From the NCBI RefSeq assembly GCF_006345805.1, contig NC_042998.1, positions 151,218,001-151,282,000 of the forward strand: a DNA stretch of 64,000 nucleotides, in the 5' to 3' direction. The notes below the pieces were generated by a model. It saw only the letters and a program-made list of their open reading frames with translations, did no database searches and was not told where the DNA came from. Shown in pieces: positions 50,960-61,719 of the stretch. The translations under genes and the position numbers were made by a program. The stretch's first letter is position 1. Each line of letters opens with the position of its first letter. This DNA is from Octopus sinensis (Eukaryota).

Positions 50960-51740
50960 TTCGATTTGGATCACACAGATACACACACATACACACGTGC
51001 GGTTGTTCAACGTCTTAAAAACGAATTTGGTTGTTTTCTTGTTTCTTTTACCCATCGTGTTTGACCCTACAACAGCTGAGAATATTATCAACCTATTTTC
51101 GGACTGTTGTTTTATTCCTTTGATGTCCACCTTTAAAATGTTCTGCTTTTTAGTTTCCATCTCAACCTTATCTGCTCAATCTTGGCCGTTCTCCTCATAA
51201 GTGTTGCTATTGCTCTAAATATAAAGGATCTCCATTATTTAGACCGACATCATGCAACCCAAACGATTCTCTGACATTCTCAAATTTAAACCAAACTATG
51301 TGATCTTACGGTTTCAGGAAATCCACTAAAATTATTTGTGCAGTGTAGTATTATACTTTGTCAAACACTTCCCCTATTGCTGCCAGTTACCCCACACCAA
51401 GCTTCATTAAGATTTTCCAATGCATTTTTTGTGTTAAATTTTTTCCAAAAGCCAATAAAATTAATTGCATTTCTTCTCGTTGTTTTCCCAAATTCTAGAA
51501 TTCTTTTTTTTTTTTTGCGTAAGGAATGGACCTTGAATTCTACCACCCCTTGGTCAATTGGCTGAGACAATGGTGTTGTATTTCGTAGTCAAAGTAGAAT
51601 CTTCATATTTTGATGCATATCACCAAATGTAGTTTGGTGGCCCAGGAGAAATAGTTCAAAAGTGCTAAAATTTTAAAAATGTATATGTCCAGACCTGTAA
51701 TGTGTTTCATCCACGAAACACAAGAATCCTTGAAACAATC
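50960..51740 (-). mobile_element. pogo/Tigger-type transposase relic
   Basis: FKILALLNY (LLLDNAPGH-like), RNTTPLSQPIDQG (PPNTTSLIQPMDQG-like), FWKKFNTKNALENLNEAWCGVT. Confidence 0.8.
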
Positions 51741-51863
51741 TACAAATAATTTCTTAATTAAGTTTTTTTTCCCTTTGCATGAGTGTGTGTGTGAGTGTGT
51801 GTGTGAGTGTGTGTGTGTGTATGTGTGTGTGTGTGTGTGCGTGCATATATATATATATATATA

Positions 51864-52202
51864 AAAGGTGACCCCTTTGGTCACGAGTGACGATGTGATT
51901 GCACCTAGAAAGTTACCCTCCAAAGCACAAGTCTGGCAAGGTTGTTTTATGGAAGACCAGCAGTTGCTCATGCATACCAGCCTCCCCTCTCCATGCCACC
52001 AGTGTTATCCAAGGAAAAGGCAAAGGCCAATACAACTTGGCACCAGTGACGTCGCAACTCATTTCTACAGCTGAGTGAACTGGAGCAATGTAAAATAAAG
52101 TGTCTTGCTCAAGAACACTATACGCAGCCCGGTCCGGGAATGGAACTCACAACCACACGATCATAAGCTCGACGCTTTAACCACTGAGCCATGCGCCTTC
52201 AC
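51864..52202 (-). mobile_element. tRNA-derived SINE family 4
   Basis: Reverse complement gtgaaggcgcatggctcagtggttaaagcg..gtgagttccattcccggaccggg has A and B boxes, followed by tgttcttgagcaagacact..cactcagctgtagaaatgag. Confidence 0.88.
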
Positions 52203-52314
52203 CCCCCCCCCCCACACACACACACTCACACTCTTATAATACGCTTTAAAAGTATTTCCCGAACCCTGTAGGAGAACACAATTTTCATTCAGATTGACAG
52301 ATTAATTTTTTTTT

Positions 52315-52810
52315 ATCTAGTTTCAGCTCACGAGCTGTGGCCATGCTGGGGCACCGCCATTCGCTGTTGCTACATGATTTTACTTCACGAATGCTTTTTA
52401 GCAATTGCCATTTGGTGCGTAAGAGAGTTCGATGCAGCTGCCCTCATCTTCACCTCCTGCCGTGAAGTTGGTTCATCTGGGACACCTGACAGGAAGAAGT
52501 CCAGTTTTATTTTAAAGAATCTGCATCCACCCTATGCAGGTCTCTCAGGTCCTTCAGGAGGATATTGAAGAGCTGTGAACCTCTGAAGCCCAGGCTATCA
52601 CAGTATCTTGTCCTACATTTTGATGGCAAATTTGGAGTCCTTGGCACTATGCAGTGGCGCCCAGTTCTAGTAATTGTGTAACTCTCGATGCCAAAGTTTG
52701 GGACAAGTCCTTCCAGGATCTTCCAGATGTATATTATGGCATATCTCTCTCGCCTACGCTCTGAGGAATAGAGTCTTAATCTCTTGAGTCTTTCCCAATA
52801 GCTTATATGC
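52315..52810 (-). mobile_element. CR1-group LINE 3' end with intact 3' UTR
   Basis: SYWERLKRLRLYSSERRRERYAIIYIWKILEGLVPN..LFNIL..KLDFFLSGVPDEP..RAAASNSL, then the tail ggcggtgccccagcatggccacagctcgtgagctgaaactagataaaa. Confidence 0.92.
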
Positions 52811-53223
52811 TCTTTACTCTTTACTCTTTTACTTGTTTCAGTCATTTGACTGCGGTCATGCTGGAGCACCGCCTTTAGTCGAGCAAATCGACCCCGGGAC
52901 TTATTCTTTTGTAAGCCTAGTACTTATTCTATCGGTCTCTTTTGCCGAACCGCTAAGTGACGGGGACGTAAACACACCAGCATCGGTTGTCAAGCAATGC
53001 TAGGGGGACAAACACAGGCACACAAACATATACACACACATACATATATATACATATATGCGACGGGCTTCTTTCAGTTTCCGTCTACCAAATCCACTCA
53101 CAAGGCATTGGTCGGCCCGGGGCTATAGTAGAAGACACTTGCCCAAGATGCCACGCTGTGGGATTGAACCCGGAACCATGTGGTTGGTAAGCAAACTACT
53201 TACCACACAGCCACGCCTGCGCC
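52811..53223 (-). mobile_element. Full composite tRNA-SINE with a short internal microsatellite
   Basis: Colinear with 37198-37730; tail of (GAGTAAA)-like repeats. Confidence 0.93.
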
Positions 53224-53444
53224 TGCTGTTAGTTTTAATTTTAAATTACCAATAATATTTACACTCGGCATATGACGATCCAAAGGTGCAGTTTTGCTTC
53301 TTTTTCCAAATCACTTTTATAAAACATTCGCTTCAAGAACATCAACATTTAGTATTTGTTCCTCCAATATGGCCACTGACACTTCCAATAATACTTTTGA
53401 TCAATTTGATTGCATAATCCATTGCTCTATGTATTTTCTGGTGA

Positions 53445-53590
53445 AAGTGCGAAGCCTAGTGGTAAGGGTTTTGCACTCACAATTACATGATAGTGGTTTC
53501 GATTCCTCGACCGGGCGGTGTATAGTGTTCTTGAACCAAATATTTCATTTCACCTTGTTCCGGTCTACTCAACCGTGAGTGACCCTACAA
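53445..53590 (+). mobile_element. Old tRNA-SINE head (family 3/4-like)
   Basis: gcctagtggtaaggg..gtggtttcgattcctcgaccgggcgg..tgttcttgaa. Confidence 0.65.
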
Positions 53591-53797
53591 GAGATTGGCG
53601 ACCCAAATTTCTTTTTTGTAACGTTATGGATTCCAGGTCGATTCTAAACTTGTTGAAACAATCAGAATTTCCAAAAATGCTTCTTTAGTTTGTTATATTT
53701 CGGTATGGTCATTTTCTTCTTTTTTTTTTTTTTTGCTATATGAACACATGCACTATATATTCGTTCTTCACTCGTTTATTATAGTTCTTAGGAAGAA

Positions 53798-54168
53798 GGC
53801 AGCGAGCTGGCAGAAACGGTAGCACGCCGGGCGAAATGCATAGCCGTATTTCGTCTGCCATTACGTTCTGAGTTCAAATTTCGCGAGTTCGACTTTGCCT
53901 TTCATCCTTTCAGGGCCGATTAAATAAGTACCAGTTACGCACTGGGTCGATATAATCGACTTAATCCGTTTGTCTGCCCTTGTTTGCCTCTCTGTGTTTA
54001 GCCCCTAGTGGGTAGTAAAGAAATAGGTATTTCGTCTGTCTTTACGTTCTGAGTTCAAATTCCGCCGAGGTCGATAAATTAAATACCAGTTGCGTACTGG
54101 GATCGATCTAATCGACTGGCCCCCTCCTCAAAAATTTCGGGTCTTCGGGTCTTTTCAGAGTAGAAAAG
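53798..54168 (+). mobile_element. Dimeric family 1 SINE with a 20-bp TSD
   Basis: Head, core and tail followed by a second core with a different tail; TSD ATTATAGTTCTTAGGAAGAA at 53778-53797 and 54169-54188. Confidence 0.92.
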
Positions 54169-54496
54169 ATTATAGTTCTTAGGAAGAAACAAATGGGATG
54201 GAGAGTTGCAGGTGTGTGACGAAAGATTCCCAGACAATGGATATAAGATAAAATAAGAACAATAATAAATGAGCGAAGAATGAATATATAGTGCATGTGT
54301 TTATTTGGCAAGAAAATATGGCCATCCCAAAATATTACAATATCTGTTTCAATAAATGATTTCACATCAGGAATCTTGCAAAACATATTCATAAATGTTT
54401 CTTTAGTTTCCTCTCCAGTTCCGCATGTCTTCGGTTTTCATTGGGTTTCTACAAACAGAAGAAGAAGAAGAAGAAGAAGAAGAAGAAGAAGAAGAA

Positions 54497-54860
54497 ATAT
54501 TCTTTTCTACTCTAGGCACAAGGCCCGAAATTTTTTTAGGGGGGGCAGTCAACTAAATCGACTCCAGTACGCAACTGGTACTTAATTTGTCGACTCCGAA
54601 AGGATGAAAGGCAAAGTTGGCTTCAGGGGAATTTGAACTCAGAACGTAGGGGCTAAACACAGAGAGAACAAACAAGGATAGACAAACGAATTAAGTCGAT
54701 TATATCGACCCCAGTGCGTAACTGGTACTTAATTTATCGACCCCGAAAGGATGAAAGGCAAAGTCGACCTCGGCGGAATTTGATCTCAGAACGTAACGGC
54801 AGACGAAATACGGCTACGCATTTCGCCTGGCGTGCTAACGTTTCTGGCAGCTCGCCGCCT
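54497..54860 (-). mobile_element. Second dimeric family 1 SINE in opposite orientation, (TTC)n tail
   Basis: Same two-module layout; GAAGAAGAAATA occurs on both flanks. Confidence 0.9.
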
Positions 54861-56425
54861 TCGAAGAAGAAATAATATTGTGGAGAAGCAGTGTAAGAAG
54901 AATGAGAAAAATGGGGAAGAGGAGGAGGGAATTATTTTTATTTAAATCTTCGTCCCTCTCTCCCTCCCTCTTTGTTTTGAATTCCTTCACGATTTTCGTA
55001 TAGCGAACAGGCAGTGGTCCAGAAAATAGCTGTTAAATCCCCATAAACATTACCAACAACATCAACATCAATATTAGCAGCAGCGGCAACAGCATCGTTA
55101 TTTTCCTTATCGTCGTTCTCGTCGTCGCCATCATCATCATCATCATCGTCGTCGTCGTCGTCATCATTATCATCATCATTACCAACTTAATTACTAACCT
55201 AGCGCTCAACGGAGCGTTATCGACATTAACAATAACTATATCAATAACAATAATAACGACAATAACAATAGTAACCATAGAAACAACAAACCTCTCCTCT
55301 TTCCCAACATCTAAATAAAACGTGTATCATGTGAAAGTGTGATTAGGTAAGCTAATCCTTTTTCAAGCCCTGAACACCTCTAGAACCGGTCCTTCCACCG
55401 GAATCTCATTTTAATAGCAAGAGATAAACTATCCGCATCTCTTCCTTATTAAATAAGTTGGTCTAATGCAGTCAAGTTTTCCTGTTGATGGATTTGAACA
55501 CAGCTCTGTATATTACCGCAACATCACTGGCTGAGTTATGTCCCTTTCTCGTACTTACAGCTGATAATCTATGAGGAAACCTCTACGCGATCGCTAGACT
55601 TGCTAGTGAAAGCAGCCAAATTTCTCTCAAATCGCACAATGGATCTTATCATTCTTTCTACTCTTTATGTTCCTACAAAGTCTGAATTACACTAAGATAA
55701 AAAAAATAAAAAACCGACGATCATGAATAGGAAAAAAACCTTCAATCATAAATTAGCTTAACTCAATGATGACCAGAATATAAACAAAATCATTAAGCGG
55801 TGGTCGACTTCTCCCATTGTGGAAGAGTTGAAGGTTTCGGCCACGCATATGAAGATACGGCATTGATGATAGGATGTGAACATTGATGATAGGTTATCTC
55901 ACCACTTAGTTATTTGTAACAGTAAAGTAACAAGGTGTGTAGCTGAGTTATATTGCTGAGCGCAAACTTTCCAATCTATGAAAACAACGACAAACGACAG
56001 AAATAACAGCTTCAGAAATACCACGACTTTTAAAAATGACCAGCGTTATTTTTCCAAATCCATCGCTAAAAGTCTGTATCTGGAATAGAAATTTACATAG
56101 GTCGGGAAATGAGATTGTATGACGTTCATGCCCTTTCCCCCCAAGTAGAACAGGAAATACTGTGTTTGGTTCAAGTTTGTTTCCTCATCTCCTACCGCTG
56201 AATAATTGTAATCTGACCAGAGAACAATGGCGGCAGTCCATACAAATGTGGGATTTTTAAAGCGAATATGGTGGTGGGGAATCATTAAAACTGACAGAAA
56301 CCGTCTTCCATCGTGCTGATGGCGATGGTCGCTCACAGAACCATCCGGTACCATTTTAACTCGACCAATGAAAAACCGGATTAGTCACAAACTGGCTACA
56401 GCTTACTGTCTTACTCTTTCTATCG

Positions 56426-56476
<51 letters not shown>

Positions 56477-57186
56477 AGTATGTCATTTTCTCTTTCTCTT
56501 TCTCTTTCTCTTTCTCGCCCCCTCTCTCTCTATTTACACACACACACACACACAAACAAGCACATATATTTCTCCTTTATATTTTCACTTTTTGTCTCCG
56601 CCTCCCACCATTCTCGTTTGTTTCCCCCACTTTCTCATTCTCTACCTTTCCCCCCATCCCTCTTGCTAACATCCTATTTCGGCTGTCATTGAAAACACAT
56701 TCAGAAAACGTATAAAGACACCCAAGCACATACAGATACACTTACAACCATGTACACACAGAGAAAAATACACATATACACACAAACACACACTAATACA
56801 CACGCACATGCGCGCACACACAAGTGCGCACGTGCACACACTCATGCACAAACGAGACTGATTTTCTAATATATGATGATGGATGTTTAAATTTCATTAT
56901 CTTTTTTCTTTCTCATTTTTCTTTTTCTACTTTTCTTTATTTGTTTATTTATTGTAAATTTCGTTTGTTAAAATAAAAAAATATTGACAAAAAATAAATA
57001 ATATTGAAATTTTCAATTTTTGAATGAAACTATTTAATAAAAAATGGTTTCACATAGGTTAGGATTATGACAAACTTAAGAATATACACGTTTTAATTAT
57101 TGTTCTATTTTTGTTGTTGTCGTCGTCGTTGCTGTTGTCATCATCGTCGGCGTTGTTGCTGTAGTCGTTGTTGTTGTTGCTGCTGC

Positions 57187-57232
<46 letters not shown>

Positions 57233-58140
57233 GGTGATGGCGTTATTTATTGAACAGTTATGGCACGGCCATAACTACTTCCGCGATTGCGCATGCGTGA
57301 CGCCATAAACCCAAAATGGATGAATGCTTCAATGAAAGTGTTTATAAATATAACTTGTCTGTATATGGAGCGCGTGAGTGTGGAAGTGGAAGTATGCATA
57401 AACACTCTCACACACACACACACATACACATGCATATATATATTTATATTCATATATATACATATATATATACACAAACGTATAGGTATGCAAGTATATG
57501 CATGCACATATATATATATATATGCAAATGCATAGATTTACATGTAAATATGTATATGTATGTGTGCGTGTGAGTATACATAAATTTATGCTTGTATACA
57601 CACACAAACACTCCCGAGGGCGCAATATGGCCGAATAGTTAAAAAAAATTCGCGTCACAATAGCGAGGTACCTGTTTCAATTTCACTGCGCAGCGTCATA
57701 AGCAAGTAACAATTTTTTATAGCCTCGGTTCCACTCCATATCTTGTAAGTGAAATTGGTGAGACAGAAACTGTACAGACACTCGATGGGTGGATTTTACC
57801 GGGAAATCATACATTGTGTCATGATGATTCTGTCTGAGAATCACTGAGATTTTCAGCCACTTTTAAACTGGCGGAGGAAAAGTTGACTGATCAACTAAAT
57901 CCACGTCGTTGAAAGACGGAGAGCAATCACCATATATACGTACATGCATATGTATGTATGTGAGTGTGTGTGTAAGTGTGTGTGTGTGTGTAAGTGTGTG
58001 TGTGTATGTGTGTGTGTGTCTGTATGAAGTTTTATATTGTATGTGATCGTTGCAGATGTATGTAAATGGAAGTGTGAGGTTACACACATTCACATACACA
58101 CACAAAAATATATATTAACGTATGTGGAAATCACACAGAC

Positions 58141-58185
<45 letters not shown>

Positions 58186-58458
58186 CCTCTTTCTCCACAT
58201 AATTGAGTAGTAAGGATCAGGAATAGATGCGGGAGTGCCAAGAACAAACTATTGCTGAAAACATGAGACAAAAACAAAAAACAAAGAAAAACATAAAACG
58301 AAGGCCATAGAAAAAGCAAAAATGAAAGAGAAAAAGAGTGAACCCTAACAAAGGATGCGGGGTTGAGTAAGAAATTCCACATCCTCAGGAAAACATCATG
58401 AAGTTCACAGCAGTGCGAATTGCTAGCGAAGAGGTTTGGGCATTGCATATATATATAT

Positions 58459-58504
<46 letters not shown>

Positions 58505-58506
<2 letters not shown>

Positions 58507-58790
58507 GGAGTAAACACATAAATGTGAAACAAGGTGGAAAAAAAGAGTACTCAAATACCAGTGGTAGAGTAATATGCTTTATTTTAAGCAGCAGAAAATT
58601 CAACAAAATCTGTTACTCTGAGTTTCTCGTTGCCGTTCATCAGACAGTTTTTGCTAGAATGGAACTGATATATCAATTCAATCTATACTCTTACAAACGC
58701 TACACCTTTAAAAAGAAATGGACTTGTTTGATTGGCCCTTTAGAAAAAACGGTCAATCTTCGAGCGATAAACAAAAAGGTCAAAAATATA
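58505..58790 (-). mobile_element. ~290-bp non-coding (TA)n-flanked element carrying a hammerhead ribozyme (PLE terminus by inference)
   Basis: Complex sequence bounded by (TA)n on both sides; HHR at 58601-58657 followed by AATAAA on the minus strand. Confidence 0.75.
58601..58657 (-). ncRNA. Type I hammerhead ribozyme, near-intact
   Basis: 5'-CTAGCAAAAA CTGT CTGATGA A CG GCAA CG A GAAA CT CAG AGT A ACAG ATTTTGTTG-3': complete CUGAUGA, GAAA and GUA; stem I CTGT/ACAG extended by AAAA/TTTT; stem III ACT/AGT; stem II with a GCAA tetraloop. Confidence 0.85.
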
Positions 58791-59479
58791 TGTATATATA
58801 TATATATATAAAAAACTTATAAAAATTATAAAATCCGAGGAAAAAAACCTATTGACGTTAATGAAGACAGTGCAAATTAATGCATAGAAATTAAACCTGT
58901 TATAAATACTGCAATACATATTTATATTAAAATCTACATATATATATCAACATACACAAAAGGATGCGCGTAAACGCCATACATACATATACAGACGTAT
59001 GAATATAAATCTAAATATACACATAAAAGCATGTGTACATATATTCACGCAAACCGTCTCGCACGCAAGCTAAAATTCATCTATGTAGCAATTCTCATAT
59101 ACTGAGCAAGGAGGGGAACGAAAGAAAGGAGAGAGAGAAAAAGAACGAAGGAGGGTGGGGAAAACGAAATAAGAAAAAATTATGTATACAAGCAGTGTAA
59201 CGGTATTATTGGCATATATAGAGACCAGTATACATACACAAGTTTGAATGGATACATATACATACAGTCGTGTATATGTGTGCTTAAGCACAAACATACT
59301 TTCACTTACACATACACAGATACGCATGCTTACAAATACATATGCTTTGCTATACACATACTTATATAAACATTCTAATTTTGACAACATTGCTTTTTAA
59401 AAAAAAAACATTGCTTTTAAAAATGGGTGCATTAATAAAAATATATACGAAAGACATATAAAATAAAATATAACATCCT

Positions 59480-60815
59480 ATTTTGTGTCATTTATAAATA
59501 ATCAAGGTAATATAAATAATCAAGGTAATCCTATGCAATACAATAACATGAAAACAAAGTTTGTAGGTTTTTCCTAATATATATGTAGAAACATAAGACT
59601 TTGCTATACGGATTAAGATCCGCATAGCTTGGAAACAAAAACAAAATCCATCGTAGCGCTCATCGTTCAAGAGTCAAAATCAAAATCAAAAATACAAAAT
59701 ATATACTCTATCCATATGGTATATTATATTCGACATTTTAATTTAGCCGCGTGCCTACATAAGTTCATTAGCTCACTTCTTTGATTCAAAGAATTATTGT
59801 CTTTGAATAAGATGAACATTTTTTCTAATAGACAAAGTTTGCACTTGAAATTATTTTTGTATGCTCCATGCCTGTATGGTGCCGCCCTGTCCAGAATGCT
59901 CCATGTCACGTTGAAAGGTGGGGCTTCCTTTTTTTTAGTTCCCAGACATATTTTGCTAGGCTGGTTTTCTTCCTATTCTCTGGGTATTTAAATGAATTTT
60001 TATGAGAATAAAATCTTGTTTTAAATGAATTTTCTGAAGCCCCTGTGTATGTCTTGTATTCCGATGAGCCTTCCACTTGCACCTTGGCTCTATAAACTAC
60101 TCCTTTCACTAGACATTTCCCTTCTAACGGACAGGAGCTTTCGTTTTTGAAATTACATTTCTTAATGGGCTCGGCACCATGTCTAATCTCAATTAGCTTC
60201 CTATTATGTTGGCTAATGTAAGAGGCGAAATTTCTGCAACAAGAATAGCTAACCTTCAGGTTCTTCTATTAAATATTCTATAGAATTTATGACCCTGCTT
60301 AAAATGCTTAGAGACTAATCTCAAAAATTCCTTACCTATATTAGTCTTTACGGCCAAATTGAAAGCCGGGTTGAACCACAAAACTTTCCTGGTCCTAGTT
60401 CTTCGTGCAGCATTATTATTAGCATTAAGCTGGTTGAACTGGATCTTCTCAGATAATCCACTATTCTTTAATGCGCTATCGTAATAAGGTGAAGCATTAT
60501 GGAATGCTGCCTCGTCCGAAGAAATTGAAGATATTCTTCTACCTACATTGCTGACTAAGTTCCTAAGGATAACTGGTGGATGGTTCGAATCTTTGCTAAT
60601 ATACGATAGCTTTTCATTGGGCTTACGGAAAGGTTTAAATCTATCCGATCTTACATTAAAATTTACGTCTAAAAAATCTACACTATTCAGGTTAGCATCT
60701 ATCGTAACCCGTAAGCCCATCCTTTGAAAGAAAGCTATAAGGTCCTTCCTAAGTCTATCTGATTCATGGCCGTTTAGATTATGCGTGGCTATAAGGCCGT
60801 CATCCCTATATAAAC
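59480..60815 (-). mobile_element. Penelope-like element, 5'-truncated at the RT active site, with C-terminal GIY-YIG
   Basis: GLYRDDG; NLNSVDFLDVNF..FKPFRKPN..SNHPP; VLWFNPAFN..TNIGKEFL; KGVVYRAKV..YTGASENSFKTRFYSH; CKLCLLEKMFIL..LNQRSELMNLCRH. Confidence 0.95.
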
Positions 60816-60905
60816 CTATATAAACTTTGTTTTTGTTTCCAAGCTATGCGGAAACTAATGGTGTTTTCTGTAAGTGCCTAACCTGATGTTGCCTTCGATT
60901 TTTAT

Positions 60906-60940
<35 letters not shown>

Positions 60941-61221
60941 GGAAGAAGCCTGCACTGAATAACAGCATGGATGTGCTAAACCGGGCTCTCTATTCAAAAA
61001 CAAATCTAATCCAATAACATCGATGGAATTAGATAAAGGAACCTGAGGGAAACTTGAAGGAAGCGACCTTTTAACGAAGACACTAAGAAAAAAACGAAAT
61101 TTTACTGCCATGCAAAGTACAGTTTCTCCTACGCACGGTGTCTCAATGAAACATGTGCGAAACACACACGCGATAGTTTACATAAAATAAAATAGAAACG
61201 GACCAAAATAAAAAATATATA

Positions 61222-61428
61222 TTTCTTTACTACCCACAAGGGGCTAAACACAGAGGGGACAAACAAAGGGATTAAGTCGACTACATCGACCCCAGTGCGT
61301 AACTGGTACTTAATTTATCGACTCCGAAAGGATGAAAGGCAAAGTCGACCTCGGCGGAATTTGAACTCGGAACGTAACGACAGACGAATTTCGCCCGGCG
61401 TGCTAACGTTTCTACCAGCTCGCCGCCT
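61222..61428 (-). mobile_element. Family 1 tRNA-SINE
   Basis: Reverse complement ggcggcgagctggtagaaacgttagcacgccggg..gagttcaaattccgccgaggtcgactttgcctttcatcc. Confidence 0.93.
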
Positions 61429-61719
61429 TAAATAAAAAAAAAATAGTGAGTACATAAATGGAGTAATTACACATACACTCGAAAGTCTATACAATTATAT
61501 ATACATTTTGATACCCATAGGACTACACATACATCCCAAAGTTGAACACATTAAGTGAAATTTACAGGACACACACTCACGCACATGAAAACACGTGTCA
61601 CAAACCAAGCAAAAACAAAATCAAAACTTTCTTTGTTTTTTTTCTTGTTTTATTCTCATATTTTAGAATTACCACAGACAGAGTGAACCTTTCATTAGGG
61701 TAAAAAGCACCACAAAAAA

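Noticed and set aside
56046-56400. 102-aa ORF, ATGGCGGC (YY1/Kozak-like) and a CCAAT box
   Set aside because: There is no recognisable domain or convincing splice donor; short motifs alone are insufficient.
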